A DNA stretch of 64,000 bases from Macrostomum hystrix (lineage: Eukaryota; Animalia; Platyhelminthes), in NCBI GenBank assembly GCA_950097015.1, contig CATNEN010000029.1:868001-932000 (forward strand), written 5' to 3'. Position numbers and translations under genes: made by a program. The notes below the pieces were generated by a model. That model had not been told where the DNA came from. It did no database searches and worked only from the letters and a program-made list of their open reading frames with translations. This document shows positions 48,073 through 60,521 of this stretch, one piece after another (the first letter of the stretch is position 1; the number at the start of each line of letters is the position of its first letter).

Positions 48073-49009
48073 AAGGAAACATCCAAGATGTTCCTCTGGA
48101 TTTTCAAATATTTTGTAAGGAAAATGGGGATCTTACGGCTACATGCGGAAATCTTACAGGGATTTACAGTGATTGACAGTGAGGAGTATTTTGGGATTGT
48201 GAAGGTAACACCAAGGATCTCTGAGGGATTTGAAATATAATATAAGGGAAAAAGCTTAACACATTATCTGTACTCAGAAGGTATAAATATCCCTATAATA
48301 GTATTAATATTGTCCTAAATGTTTTCTATTAAAAAAATAAATAAAATGCCGATAACACAGACATGGCGTACGAATGGAGAGAAATAGTTGTGAAAAAAAC
48401 TGACCACAAAGAACACTTGATTATTGTTTGTTTAAACGGTGTGCCATGAAACAAGCCGGCTTATTTTATCGGAATGTATATATGCACGGTGCAGCCTTTT
48501 GGTACAGAGTACCGATTGTAAATCAGAGTAATAACAAACTGTAAAAACACTCATTAACAATTATTGGTGAAAACATGCTGTAGTAGCTAGACTAAAGTTA
48601 CAAAAAGTAGAAAAAATATAACTGGGATATAATGCCGTGAGTTTTATTATTGTGATAATTTATTGAACATTAATTGAAAAATTAAATAGAAAATTTAGTT
48701 GAGACAGCGGTATAATAAAGATCCCAAGATTTCACAAATTAAATATAATTAACGACTGAGGCACTAGTTAAAAATCATCACGTTTTAATGAGCAAAATGA
48801 GTAGATTGGCGAAAATAATATTCCGCAATAGCAGTTCTTGCGTAATAGTTTGGACTCTATGCAAAGGGGGCTTAGCGGATAGATAATATAAAACAGCAGA
48901 TACTAAAGCCATAAATTAAAAGCAGATGTTAAAAAAATTACTAAAATCAAATTAAAATTACTATAGTAAAAAACTACACAATTAAGTGATTCACATATTA
49001 CTAATACAG

Positions 49010-49600
49010 GTACAGGTAACTAAAGTACACCTGGTACCTGAAGTACACCTGGTACCTGAAGTACACCTGGTACCTGAAGTACACCTGGTAACTAAAGTAC
49101 AACTGGTACCTGAAATACACCTGGTACCTGAAGTACACCTGGTAACTAAAGTACACCTGGTAACTAAAGTACACCTGGTACCTGAAGTACACCTGGTACC
49201 TGAAGTACACCTGGTAACTAAAGTACACCTGGTACCTGAAGTACACCTGGTAACTAAAGTACACCTGGTACCTGAAGTACACCTGGTAACTAAAGTACAC
49301 CTGGTACCTGAAGTACATCTGGTACCTGAAGTACACCTGGTACCTGAAGTACACCTGGTACCTGAAGTACACCTGGTAACTAAAGTACACCTGGTACCTG
49401 AAGTACACCTGGTAACTAAAGTACACCTGGTACCTGAAGTACACCTGGTACCTGAAGTACACCTGGTACCTGAAGTACACCTGGTACCTGAAGTACACCT
49501 GGTAACTAAAGTACACCTGGTACCTGAAGTACACCTGGTACCTGAAGTACACCTGGTACCTGAAGTACACCTGGTACCTGAAGTACACCTGGTGCCCTAA
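49010..49600. repeat. 18-bp minisatellite (CTGAAGTACACCTGGTAC / CTAAAGTACACCTGGTAA)
   Basis: Seen directly. The VPEVHL/YQVYFR ORFs derive from it. Confidence 0.95.
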
Positions 49601-50273
49601 GTAAAATAGGTACTTAAAGTACATATAAAATTAACTGATTGTTTTTCTCGTGTACGAATTTCCGCAGTTGATAATATCGTTGTTGTAGCAAAAGATATTC
49701 TGTACAGATCTTTGCTTGTACATATCAATGGTCAGTTCATATCATGCTAATCGTAAAACACAATAATTAAAACTTTATTGACGGTCATGAGAAACCGCGT
49801 GGTCCAAATTTTCTGATGGACAATGAATTTTCTACAGCAGATCAAGTAAGAAACCAGAGCAAAGAAAGGAATTATTTTAAGATATTTGAGGTGGAATCAA
49901 TCACAAAAAAATCGATACTAAACGTTGCGAAGTAGCTAATAAGTATTTTAAAAAACAATAGAAAGTAAGCGCATAGTACAATGGTAGCACACGGAAACAC
50001 TGGAATTCACCTGTAACTATATTAATCCAAAGTTAGGTTAAATGGTTTTCATAGTAGATAGAGATTTCAATTCAACTCCAACCTATAGACACGATGGAAT
50101 AGTTAAAAGAGTTAAATCTACTAAATCTACTATAATGCTTTGATTAGAACATTGATTCGCCGATTTGCAAATTATTGTTATTGTAGGGTTACTGAACATC
50201 TTTGAAAAACGTTTCCTTATTTAAGTCCACTCACTATTGATCTTTGGAGTCAGAATCACTTACTGGCTAATCT

Positions 50274-53200
50274 CTATTTAAGCGCTGCCAATGCCTGCAG
50301 CTCTCGCTTTAGTCTCTCTAAGTCCACTGTGACGCCTAGATACTTCTTTGACATTTCGTCCAAATCCTCCTTCAGTGTCGTGATGTCCTGCTGGGCGGTG
50401 CGCTTGAATCTCTGCAATTCTTGCAGTTCACGACGCCGCTCTTCGTCTTGAGCCTGCAACAGCTGCAGCTCCTGACGCATCTGCTGCTGCTGCTCCAGGA
50501 ATTCGATATTGAGGCCGTCTGTGCGCGCAGCGGGCGCAGCTGCCACCGCCGGCGAGTCCTTTGCCTGCGGATGGCAAATATTGTACCCAAATATATTGCT
50601 CAGCCGGGGAATACGGAAGGGCGGCTTCTCAAACTGAGGATCTGGGAGGCCGGCTTCTCAAACTGAGGATCTGGGAGGGCGGTTTCTCAAACTGAGGATC
50701 TGGGAGGGCGGCTTCTCAAACTGAGGATCTGGGAGGGCGGCTTCTTAAACTGAGGATCTGGGAGGGTGGATTCTCAAACTGAGGATCTGGGAGGGCGGCT
50801 TCTTAAACTGAGGATCTGGGAGGGCGGCTTCTTAAACTGAGGATCTGGGAGGGCGGCTTCTCAAACTGAGGATCTGGGAGGGCGGCTTCTTAAACTGAGG
50901 ATCTGGGAGGGCGGCTTCTCAAACTGAGGATCTGGGAGGGTGGATTCTCAAACTGAGGATCTGGGAGGGCGGTTTCTCAAACTGAGGATCTGGGAGGGCG
51001 GCTTCTCAAACTGAGGATCTGGGAGGGCGGCTTCTTAAACTGAGGATCTGGGAGGGTGGATTCTCAAACTGAGGATCTGGGAGGGCGGCTTCTTAAACTG
51101 AGGATCTGGGAGGGTGGATTCTCAAACTGAGGATCTGGGAGGGCGGCTTCTTAAACTGAGGATCTGGGAGGGCGGCTTCTCAAACTGAGGATCTGGGAGG
51201 GCGGCTTCTTAAACTGAGGATCTGGGAGGGCGGCTTCTCAAACTGAGGATCTGGGAGGGCGGCTTCTTAAACTGAGGATCTGGGAGGGCGGTTTCTCAAA
51301 CTGAGGATCTGGGAGGGCGGCTTCTTAAACTGAGGATCTGGGAGGGTGGCTTCTCAAACTGAGGATCTGGGAGGGCGGTTTCTCAAACTGAGGATCTGGG
51401 AGGGCGGCTTCTTAAACTGAGGATCTGGGAGGGCGGCTTCTTAAACTGAGGATCTGGGAGGGTGGCTTCTTAAACTGAGGATCTGGGAGGGCGGCTTCTT
51501 AAACTGAGGATCTGGGAGGGTGGCTTCTTAAACTGAGGATCTGGGAGGGCGGCTTCTCAAACTGAGGATCTGGGAGGGTGACTTCTCAAACTGAGGATCT
51601 GGGAGGGCGGCTTCTTAAACTGAGGATCTGGGAGGGCGGCTTCTCAAACTGAGGATCTGGGAGGGCGGCTTCTCAAACTGAGGATCTGGGAGGGCGGCTT
51701 CTTAAACTGAGGATCTGGGAGGGCGGCTTCTCAAACTGAGGATCTGGGAGGGCGGCTTCTTAAACTGAGGATCTGGGAGGGTGGCTTCTCAAACTGAGGA
51801 TCTGGGAGGGCGGTTTCTCAAACTGAGGATCTGGGAGGGCGGCTTCTTAAACTGAGGATCTGGGAGGGCGGCTTCTTAAACTGAGGATCTGGGAGGGTGG
51901 CTTCTTAAACTGAGGATCTGGGAGGGCGGCTTCTTAAACTGAGGATCTGGGAGGGTGGCTTCTTAAACTGAGGATCTGGGAGGGCGGCTTCTCAAACTGA
52001 GGATCTGGGAGGGTGACTTCTCAAACTGAGGATCTGGGAGGGCGGCTTCTTAAACTGAGGATCTGGGAGGGCGGCTTCTTAAACTGAGGATCTGGGAGGG
52101 TGGATTCTCAAACTGAGGATCTGGGAGGGCGGCTTCTTAAACTGAGGATCTGGGAGGGTGGCTTCTCAAACTGAGGATCTGGGAGGGTGGCTTCTCAAAC
52201 TGAGGATCTGGGAGGGTGGCTTCTCAAACTGAGGATCTGGGAGTGTGGCTTCTCAAACTGAGGATCTGGGAGGGTGGCTTCTCAAAATGAAGATCTGTGA
52301 GGGTGACTGCTCAAACTATGAACCCGACTCAAACTGGCAGGGTGGATGCTTGAAGAGATGATCTGGGAAGGTGGATGCTTAACCAGAATATTAAGGAAAG
52401 TGACAGTAACAATTATATAATAAACAGATAACTGTGCAAAAAATCATAGCATAATAGTGAAATTAAGCACTAAAAGATAGGTTTTAAATATAGCATTTTT
52501 AAAGCGAGAGTGGTCAATAAAGTAATAAAAAATATTTTAATTTCCATAATGTCCATCAATAATTATTCAGCAAATCTCAAATCTATTCAGCAGATATAAA
52601 GTATATGTTAGCAGCACGAATAGAATAGGATTAAAAACAAGTTATGCGTCTCCATAATAGTTTAGTGAAGCGCCCAGTGATACATAGCAACTGACTTACC
52701 GCATTGGAACCGTTCGGAGCTGTTGCAGTCTCGGCTGGGCGCTGAGAGGTAGTTTTATTAACATTGAAATGCCTGAATTTTAAGCTCTGGCTTTTCTAAC
52801 CTACAATAACTGAAACAAAACTGTCTAGACGCCCTGATTTGGTAAAAATGTACATTTAAAATGATTCTAAGAAATTTCTACTTTAAAAATCCATAATCGA
52901 AAATCTTACTAGGAAATCCATTAAATTGACATACATTCTAGATGCAATCACAAAAAAAGGAATTAAAAAATAAGATTGAGTGGCGGCCTAGCCTAGGTAG
53001 TTTACACTACCTGATAAAAAATATTACATATTTTCAGTACGGCTGCGGGCACTGGCACATCATAATTCATAATTCATATCACAATTCATCATAATTTGGT
53101 GACACTAGACCCGCAGACAGCGTGTGGGGGCAATTCTGCCCATTCCGCTGACTCCTGAGCACGCACGCACCCATGTGAACATCTGCCCTGACTTGTGGTC

Positions 53201-54759
53201 TTGCTGCGGAATTATTCTTATGAATTATTTTTAGTTAACAGAATAAAAAAACCTACCAGTGTTGGCTTCGGGTTGGCTATTTTTGGCGGCGGCGCTGGCG
53301 GCTGCTGATTGGTGGGAACGAAATGCGGTTTAGCAGCTGGCGGCGGCGGATGCGGCTGAGGCGGCTGAGGCAGCGGCCTCTGATCACCGATAGCAGCTGC
53401 TGCGGCTTTGGTCGCCGATACTTGCGGCTTATAGGGGCCGACAAAATTGTCCGGGAAGACGCCAACCCGACCGTCGATCTCGCCGCGCCACCAACCGTCG
53501 TCTTCGACGCGTCTGCTCAAAACGCGAACAATCTGACCGGGCTCCAGGGTCAACTCGTCTGAGTTTGTAGCTTTGTACTCGTACAGGACAACTACTAGGT
53601 CGTCTTGTGACTGCTGCGGCGCAGGGGCAGGGGCTGGGGCTGGGGCTGGGGCTGGGGCTGGGGCTGGGGCTGGGGCCGGCGCGGCTCTGGCACGTTGCTG
53701 ATCGTCCGTTCGCTGCAGCTTGATTGGCTGGCCGGCGAAGATGTTGCCAAGGCCAACGCCGCCGACAATGCGGCTGGTGCGAGTCGGCTTCGGCGCGGCG
53801 GCGCCAGCAGCATCAGCTGCGAGTACACCACTGCCATTGAAGTCCAGGCAGGCATTCGGTACAGTGACGCGGCCGCCGAATGCCTTGCCGGCGTAGACAG
53901 TCGATTGCGGATCGCTGCGCTTAACGACAAACACTACAGCGCCTGCGGTTTGGATACGAGTGTACAGGATAAAGAAATAGATTGTGCCTTAGGGATTTTC
54001 AATTAATCTTGGGATCTGAGGGGTTGTTAACAGTAGGACTACCAATCCATTTTGCCACGCCATTTTTATACCTAGATGTAAACATCCACCCGAAAAAAAT
54101 TTGGGTGGTGACTGATTGGTTGACGGAATAGGCGAGGGTGTCCTGTGGTTGTGCTACGCCTAATATTTAGGCTTTATCAGTGAAAATATTGAAGAAACTC
54201 GCATCAGGCTGTCCATAGTGGCCAATTTCCATCTATTGTAGCCCTTGAAGGTCCAGCAGCCATGGCAGCATGGCGCATTCGGGTAACATGCTGATTAATT
54301 TTGAAGGCCTGGAAAGGCCGTCTTAAGGCGCAATGCTAATTCGGGTATAAGGGAGTAGGAAATACACAAGCGAAAAATACGGCCTTCGGCCAGAACCATT
54401 GAATATCTCGACGGAGTGAAGAGCAGCGACTTTCGTGTGCTTGCGTTGCTTCGTTCGGGTGCATCACAAACAATCCCACCCCTTGTTGGATTCCAAAGAA
54501 GTGAATAGACACGATTTGAACTGCACGCACCAGCCGGAATTCGTTGATGCGCCATCTTCATGGAAGCCTTGGAGCACTCGGTGACAAAGTTATCTGGGAA
54601 CAGTCCGGACTTCCCGGTGGCCTCCTTGCGCCCAGTCATCCAGCCGTCGTCCTTAGCCGGTTGAGCGTCTAGTATGATGTCGCCGGGCTCCAGGCTGAGC
54701 TCGTCAGATTCGCCAGCGTCGTAGGCGAATTCGGCCACATAGCAGGTGTTTTCAGACAT
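50274..54759 (-). CDS. CD2AP/CIN85(SH3KBP1)-like adaptor: two SH3 domains, Pro-rich region, C-terminal coiled coil, ~415 aa
   Basis: Exons (minus): 54531-54759, 53257-53942, 52700-52741, 50274-50564, phases consistent. SH3-1: AEFAYDAGESDELSL...DDGWMTG...GLFPDNFV. SH3-2: VLYEYKATNSDELTL...DDGWWRGEIDGRVGVFPDNFV. C-terminus ...LERLKRELQAL. Confidence 0.85.
50615..52300. repeat. 29-bp minisatellite (GGAGGGCGGCTTCTCAAACTGAGGATCTG) in SH3-gene last intron
   Basis: Seen directly, ~58 units. Confidence 0.97.
53040..53210 (-). mobile_element. SINE family A, 3' fragment
   Basis: TTTGGTGACACTAGACCCGCAG...GCAATTCTGCCCATTCCGCTG...ACATCTGCCCTGACTT is shared with 24071-24395. Confidence 0.7.
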
Positions 54760-57700
54760 GGCTGCGCTAAAATTATAAACCAAAATGTTGACGAATTACG
54801 CAATCTAGTTTACAAATGTTGCTTTTTCTTACATAAGAAAACAATTAGTAAAGTGTTTAAATTAGAATGCATCATTTCTCAAATTAGAAGAGTTTTTGGA
54901 AGACATTGCATATATGCATGCTCTTTTCTAAAAAAACACATTTCCAGCATTATTTTTTTAAAAGAATGCTTACAAACTAAAAATGGAATAAATATTTATG
55001 AGAAATATTCTAAACTTATAGGGTTTATGCAAAGAAAATACTTATCCAATTAATCAATGCATTTTTATACCTTATTGTGTTAGCCAATAGCTAGCTGACA
55101 CTAGCTATCTTCTAGAATTTAGACTTTAAAGTAGGAGGGATTGTAGGTTACTTGGGGCCTACAATTCCTCATGTAGCCAAATTCGCTGCATGGGTAATCT
55201 AGCAATAAAAACCATCTATAACCCAGATTAGAAACACTTTTTTTGCATAAAAAGTAGTGAAGTAGTGATAACTCAAAATAAAATTTAGTGTTCAAATAAA
55301 AAAAGATATGTTTAGTTTTCTCATTTTCCCACAAGCCACACAAACCAAACACATTATCTAGTTGTAACCTCGAAATTGGTTGAAGAAAACAGACTATAAA
55401 AAATGTTTACAAATGCACCTATAGAAGTAATCATGTTTCCAATTGCCTCCAACTGGCAACATAATGAAAAAATAGTACTTTGGTTTTTGGTGTTAAATTG
55501 CTATGCATTTCTATCTATTTGTACTTGCTGTCAGCTAGCATTGGTTCATATGACATCTGATTGTCCATGAAATTTAATCTAGTACCCATGCTTTTTTCAG
55601 GAATCATAAATTATTGGTATCCTATAAATTTCAGTGTTTCCTACATTAAAAGTTTTGTTCTCTAGGGTATTTGTGAATCTAGTTAGATAGTTATTACATG
55701 TGTCACTAGTACTTTATGCTCCCCTCTGGGGAGCTAGACACTTTTACTGTAACCTAATTTAAGCTGATAATAGAGCAGCTTAGCAACAATCCTAAAGTGA
55801 TTGTTGATAAGAATACTGATAGTAATTGGCAATCAACCAAATCTTAAGAATCTAATGCAGTTTAGCAAGATGCAAATTCAGTTTAACAAGAATCTAATTG
55901 CAGTTTAGCAAGAATAAATTACAATTTAAATTAAAACAAAAATCAAACACTAAATGAAGAATGTTATTTTTTATGTTACTGTGTCAAAGATTTAAACTTA
56001 GGTCTATAAAATTCAGCCTAGCTTAGTTCTAAGCTCCTATCAATGCAGCTTTACTATGTTGAAATTTGGGACAGACAAAACTACATTTCAAATTTAATTT
56101 CACAACAAGTACTATTTTTACACTTTCATATTCAATTGAAATTGTGTACAATTTTACTAATTCAATCAGTCAGCCAGCTGGCCTGTTGTTTAGAATGTAT
56201 TGAGCTGGTAGTGAACAATTGCTCAGCTTCTCAGTGCAGTTATATATCAGCATGGATAAAAGAGAAAAATTCAGTCAGCCTATTGTTCATTGAATTTGCT
56301 TCTTAGTATTATGCAATCAGGCCAGTGGTGAGTTACAATACAATCATTTTCCAATTTAACTCTAAATAGTTTTCAATCAAAATTTCATAGCCCTATTGAA
56401 CTTTGAAACAAATGTTTTTGGTTATCTATGAGCAATTTCTTAACTACAAGATGAGTACTGCCTAGGAAGAATTTCTAATTGAATGGTGCAAATATTTGTG
56501 ACAATCTGTTAAAAAAGCAATCAAAAATGATAGAAAATATGAAATCTGAACTTATTGTTAGTATAGTGGAGGAATTGTATAGTCTGTACATGATTCGCAA
56601 AGTCTTTGTGCTTCTATATTTGCAACTAGCTAGCTGTGGACAATGTTAGATGTGTCATGTATAGTCTCTGCATGATGCATCCCCTTAGCATGAAGCGATG
56701 CACACTTTCTTGGAATAGACCTAGCTAAGCAAAAAAACTGCCATGGAATGGGCCGATGCTTCGGCCCTACTGGTTTGACAGTCGACACTGCGACTACCTT
56801 ACAATATCGGCAGTATTAAAGAGCTACAATATACACTTTGCTAAAGTGTCAAAACTAGTTATAAATTTTAGTTTCACTGAGACATCTTGTTGAGATTAGC
56901 CACTTTTAATATAACTGGATACGATAGTAAGTAAGGTTAGAAGGCACAGTCAGTTTGGGCGAGAAATATGTGGAATTCAAGGAAAACATTATTATCACCA
57001 ACTTTTTAAAAGGCTGCCAAAATGAAACGGAACAAGGCAGGATGCTTGTTTATGTACTTAAAAAGTTTGCGAAAAAAGATCAGCAGTTTAAGATACAATA
57101 AAACCAGCAGAAAACAAGGCTCTTTTTGTTTTGTACAGCATTGAAGAAGCATACTTTGTTAAGCTTTTTGTAAAATTTGATCTACATGCCGGAGTTTTAT
57201 GTACTTGTATTGTATTGCATAGTGCGTCTATGACTACAGACTCTACATCAAGTATTAGAACCAGAACCAGAATCAGTACTGGAAAAATATATAATTGTTG
57301 CAAACGAAAAGTTGACAAGCAGCTAATTAAATTATATTAATCTAAAATTCGATAGCCTAATCTGTTCAAAAGTAATCTGCCAGAAGTAAATTTGTCAGAA
57401 GAAAATGCGAAGTTTTTCATAGAAACGTTTTATCGAATCTACCGAAATTTGCTCATCCAAGTAGGCCTAAGTAAACAACTCAATGCATATTATAATTCAT
57501 TAATTAGTGTTTTCGAGCTCGTAGAGGTGAAATCATCGCTAACGATCAGGACAAACCTTGTATACAAGGTTTGTCAAACAAATTATATTCCTTATTCAAC
57601 ACTATAGGCCTATATGTATTGACAATCCTAGCTAGGGGCCTAGGGCCTATGTTGCATTCCGTAGCACCTAACACTGAGGCTTATTAATATTAGGCCCCTA

Positions 57701-59379
57701 ACTGATTCTGTTAGCCTTTGTTAAGCTCTACTTGGCGAGTCAGCAACAGCACTAGTACACCTAGGCCTAGCTTATGTCATATGTCTCTCTGTCTGTACTA
57801 TTCATTCTTTCAGTAATTTAGGCTACCAATTTGTGGTGGGGCCTCCTTTATCTTCCTATTACACAGTTTATATCACCAAGTTGTTGTCAGTTTTTAACTA
57901 AAGGCCCTAACCAAAAGGCCTATTGATGAGGCCTAATCTTAGGGCTATCATGAAATTAAATTTGTAATATATGTAATTTTACTGTTGTCAATCAGACTTT
58001 TATTAGTCTGGTTTTAGTTATTAATAGGCCTACTGTTTATATTTAACTACATAGTGAATCAGTTTTTTTGTTGTTTCTGAGTAGGGCCTATTGAAGAAAT
58101 AAAACTATTTTTAGTCTCTGATAAGTCTTTCAGTATAAATCTTAATTTATAATTATAGTTATTGTACACAAGAATTCAGTGCATCACAAGAGAGAATCTC
58201 TTCTCTTAAACTTCTAGTCTCTTAAAATTTCAGCAAGGCAAAATGTGAAATAGGTGCAAGTTGTGCAACTGTGACACAAAGTCTAAGTGCAGATGTTGGC
58301 AATGTAAACATTTATTTCTGAAATGAAATATGACATAATAAGTGCTACTAATCCTTAGAAGTCAGTCAGTCAAACATGTGATAAATAATAGAAAAAATAA
58401 AAGCATTGCTTGCTTTTTTGTTGCTGTTCTAAAAGTAGGCCTACTTAAAGTATAAATTGAAAAAATGTGTATTGTACCTTAATACAAGTGTTTCAATGCA
58501 GAAGGAGCAGACACCAAATCTGCAAAATAGCATAAGAAAAACATTGTTAGGGCCTATAGTCAGTAACAAAGAACAATTCAGGTCAGTTGTTTGTATGAAG
58601 TAGAAATCAGCTGCTTTAATCATAACTATGTTCAAGTTTGCCCCTAGAAGAATTTATTTATCAAGCATAGGCCTAACAGTGATGGCAATCCAATTCATTT
58701 TTGCCTAGCAATGTCTATCATTGATTTACTTATTTTATTTTAGTCAACCCAGTTTACATGTCAGTGAAGACTTAAGTGTCTCATCTTAAATTATAAGCAA
58801 ACTTTTTAATTTAAGTAACACTTTATTGCCTTATCATTCCCATGTATCAAAATGTCATATCATATAGGCCTAGTCATTTTTGTGTGTAGAAATAAGACTT
58901 GTGTATACAAGGTGTGTCATACAAATTATCTTCCTTATTCAACACTATATATGGATTGACAAAAGTTGGTATAAAGGAATAGTGGAAGGAAATTTGCAAT
59001 GTTACACTGAAATAGTGTGTGCTGGTCAAAGTAACACATTTTTGGAAGTATATCTACATACAACAAAAGGATGGCTTGCACTTAATAAAAAAATATCACT
59101 TGGATTGTTGCCTACTTGAAGATAAGCATGTAGAGTCTAACATTTTGGTCAGTCAATAGTTTTCCAATTTTATTAAACTAATTAAAGCAACATATTAAAG
59201 GGATCATATAATCAACTGTGTAACAATGGCCACTCAAGAATACAACCTCTTTAGAATACAACCATTGATGCCTGATGGCCTTTGAGAGAGAACCATTGAC
59301 CCTTTAAACAAAGAACTAAAGACTGCCTATGACAGAGAAACAATGACCACCTTTACCATCAACCAATGCCCTTCTTTAG

Positions 59380-59475
59380 CAAAGAACCATTGATCCCTTT
59401 AACAGAGAACCATTGATCCCTTTAACAGAGAACCATTGATCCCTTTAACAGAGAACCATTGACCTCTTTAACAGT
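59380..59475. repeat. Short 23-bp tandem repeat (AACAGAGAACCATTGATCCCTTT), with degenerate copies back to ~59280
   Basis: Seen directly. Confidence 0.85.
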
Positions 59476-60521
59476 AGTATATTAGATGTATTAGAGACAG
59501 TTAAAGTCTTTCTCATGGCAGAATGCATTAAATGAGTGGGTAGCACTAAATCATGTGTCCATTCAAATTGAGTACAGCTTTTTCAGTACATTCTCAAATT
59601 ACTTTTTTACACATGCTTATAATTGTTTTTTACATGCTAAATGATTTTAGCAATTGCTTTATGCAAGCCAAGCCTACTTCTGACTGTCAATCTTCCAAAC
59701 CTCAAAGAAAATTATTGCAACAATTCATCCAAATAGCCAGCTGACATCTCCTCTAGTGTTTTATTTACCATCAGTCCAGGGGTCTCTCACAAGTTAAGCC
59801 TGCATACGAAATGCCCTCCAGGCATCGAATATTTTTGATGGCCCTGTCTCACTTGGCTTTTGTTATCTTTGGCAATCCATCGTCTAGATATCGTTAAAGG
59901 TCTTCAGCTGTCAGTTATCTTGCCAAATAATCTCTTAGTTGTTGGCCTCCTAATAGCACTTTTCGCATTTGAGCTGAATCTAAATCCGCAAATATTTGAT
60001 CAAATGGCCACTCAAATTAGTCCATTCATGGAGTTTAGATACCAGAAACAGATTATAATGCGCATTCTATGGCCACAATGTCGTTGCTCAGATTTAATTC
60101 AAGCAAAACATAGCATTCTTGTTTTAATTTATGCATGAAAATCATTTCAGATAGACTGAAAAAGCATCCCTAGTAGCGATGTGTCTAATTCTTGGTAATT
60201 GCTAACTTATCATCTAATCCATATTTGGGCGCCGAATTGTTAATTTCCCTTAAGTGTATTAGCTGGCTATGAAGTAATTAGGCTTATTGATTGATGACGC
60301 TCGAGCTTCTTAGATGCACCTGCCTCTTTGCCCTGTTTACCAAAGCCTTTCGCATTGCTTCTCTTTCTAACAAATCGGTTAAGAGTTTTAACAGATTACG
60401 CTTGCTGACTATCGTGATTCGTCTCGTCCTGCTAGACAGAAAGAAAGACAGCTACCTGCTATGTAGACTTTCAAAAGCAGGACGGACAAATATTCTCTAT
60501 TTCCATTGTTTTCAGCTGACA

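Noticed and set aside
48986-49624. (VPEVHL)n and (YQVYFR)n ORFs on opposite strands
   Set aside because: Both are open only because the 18-bp unit lacks stops in those frames. No ATG context or splice support.
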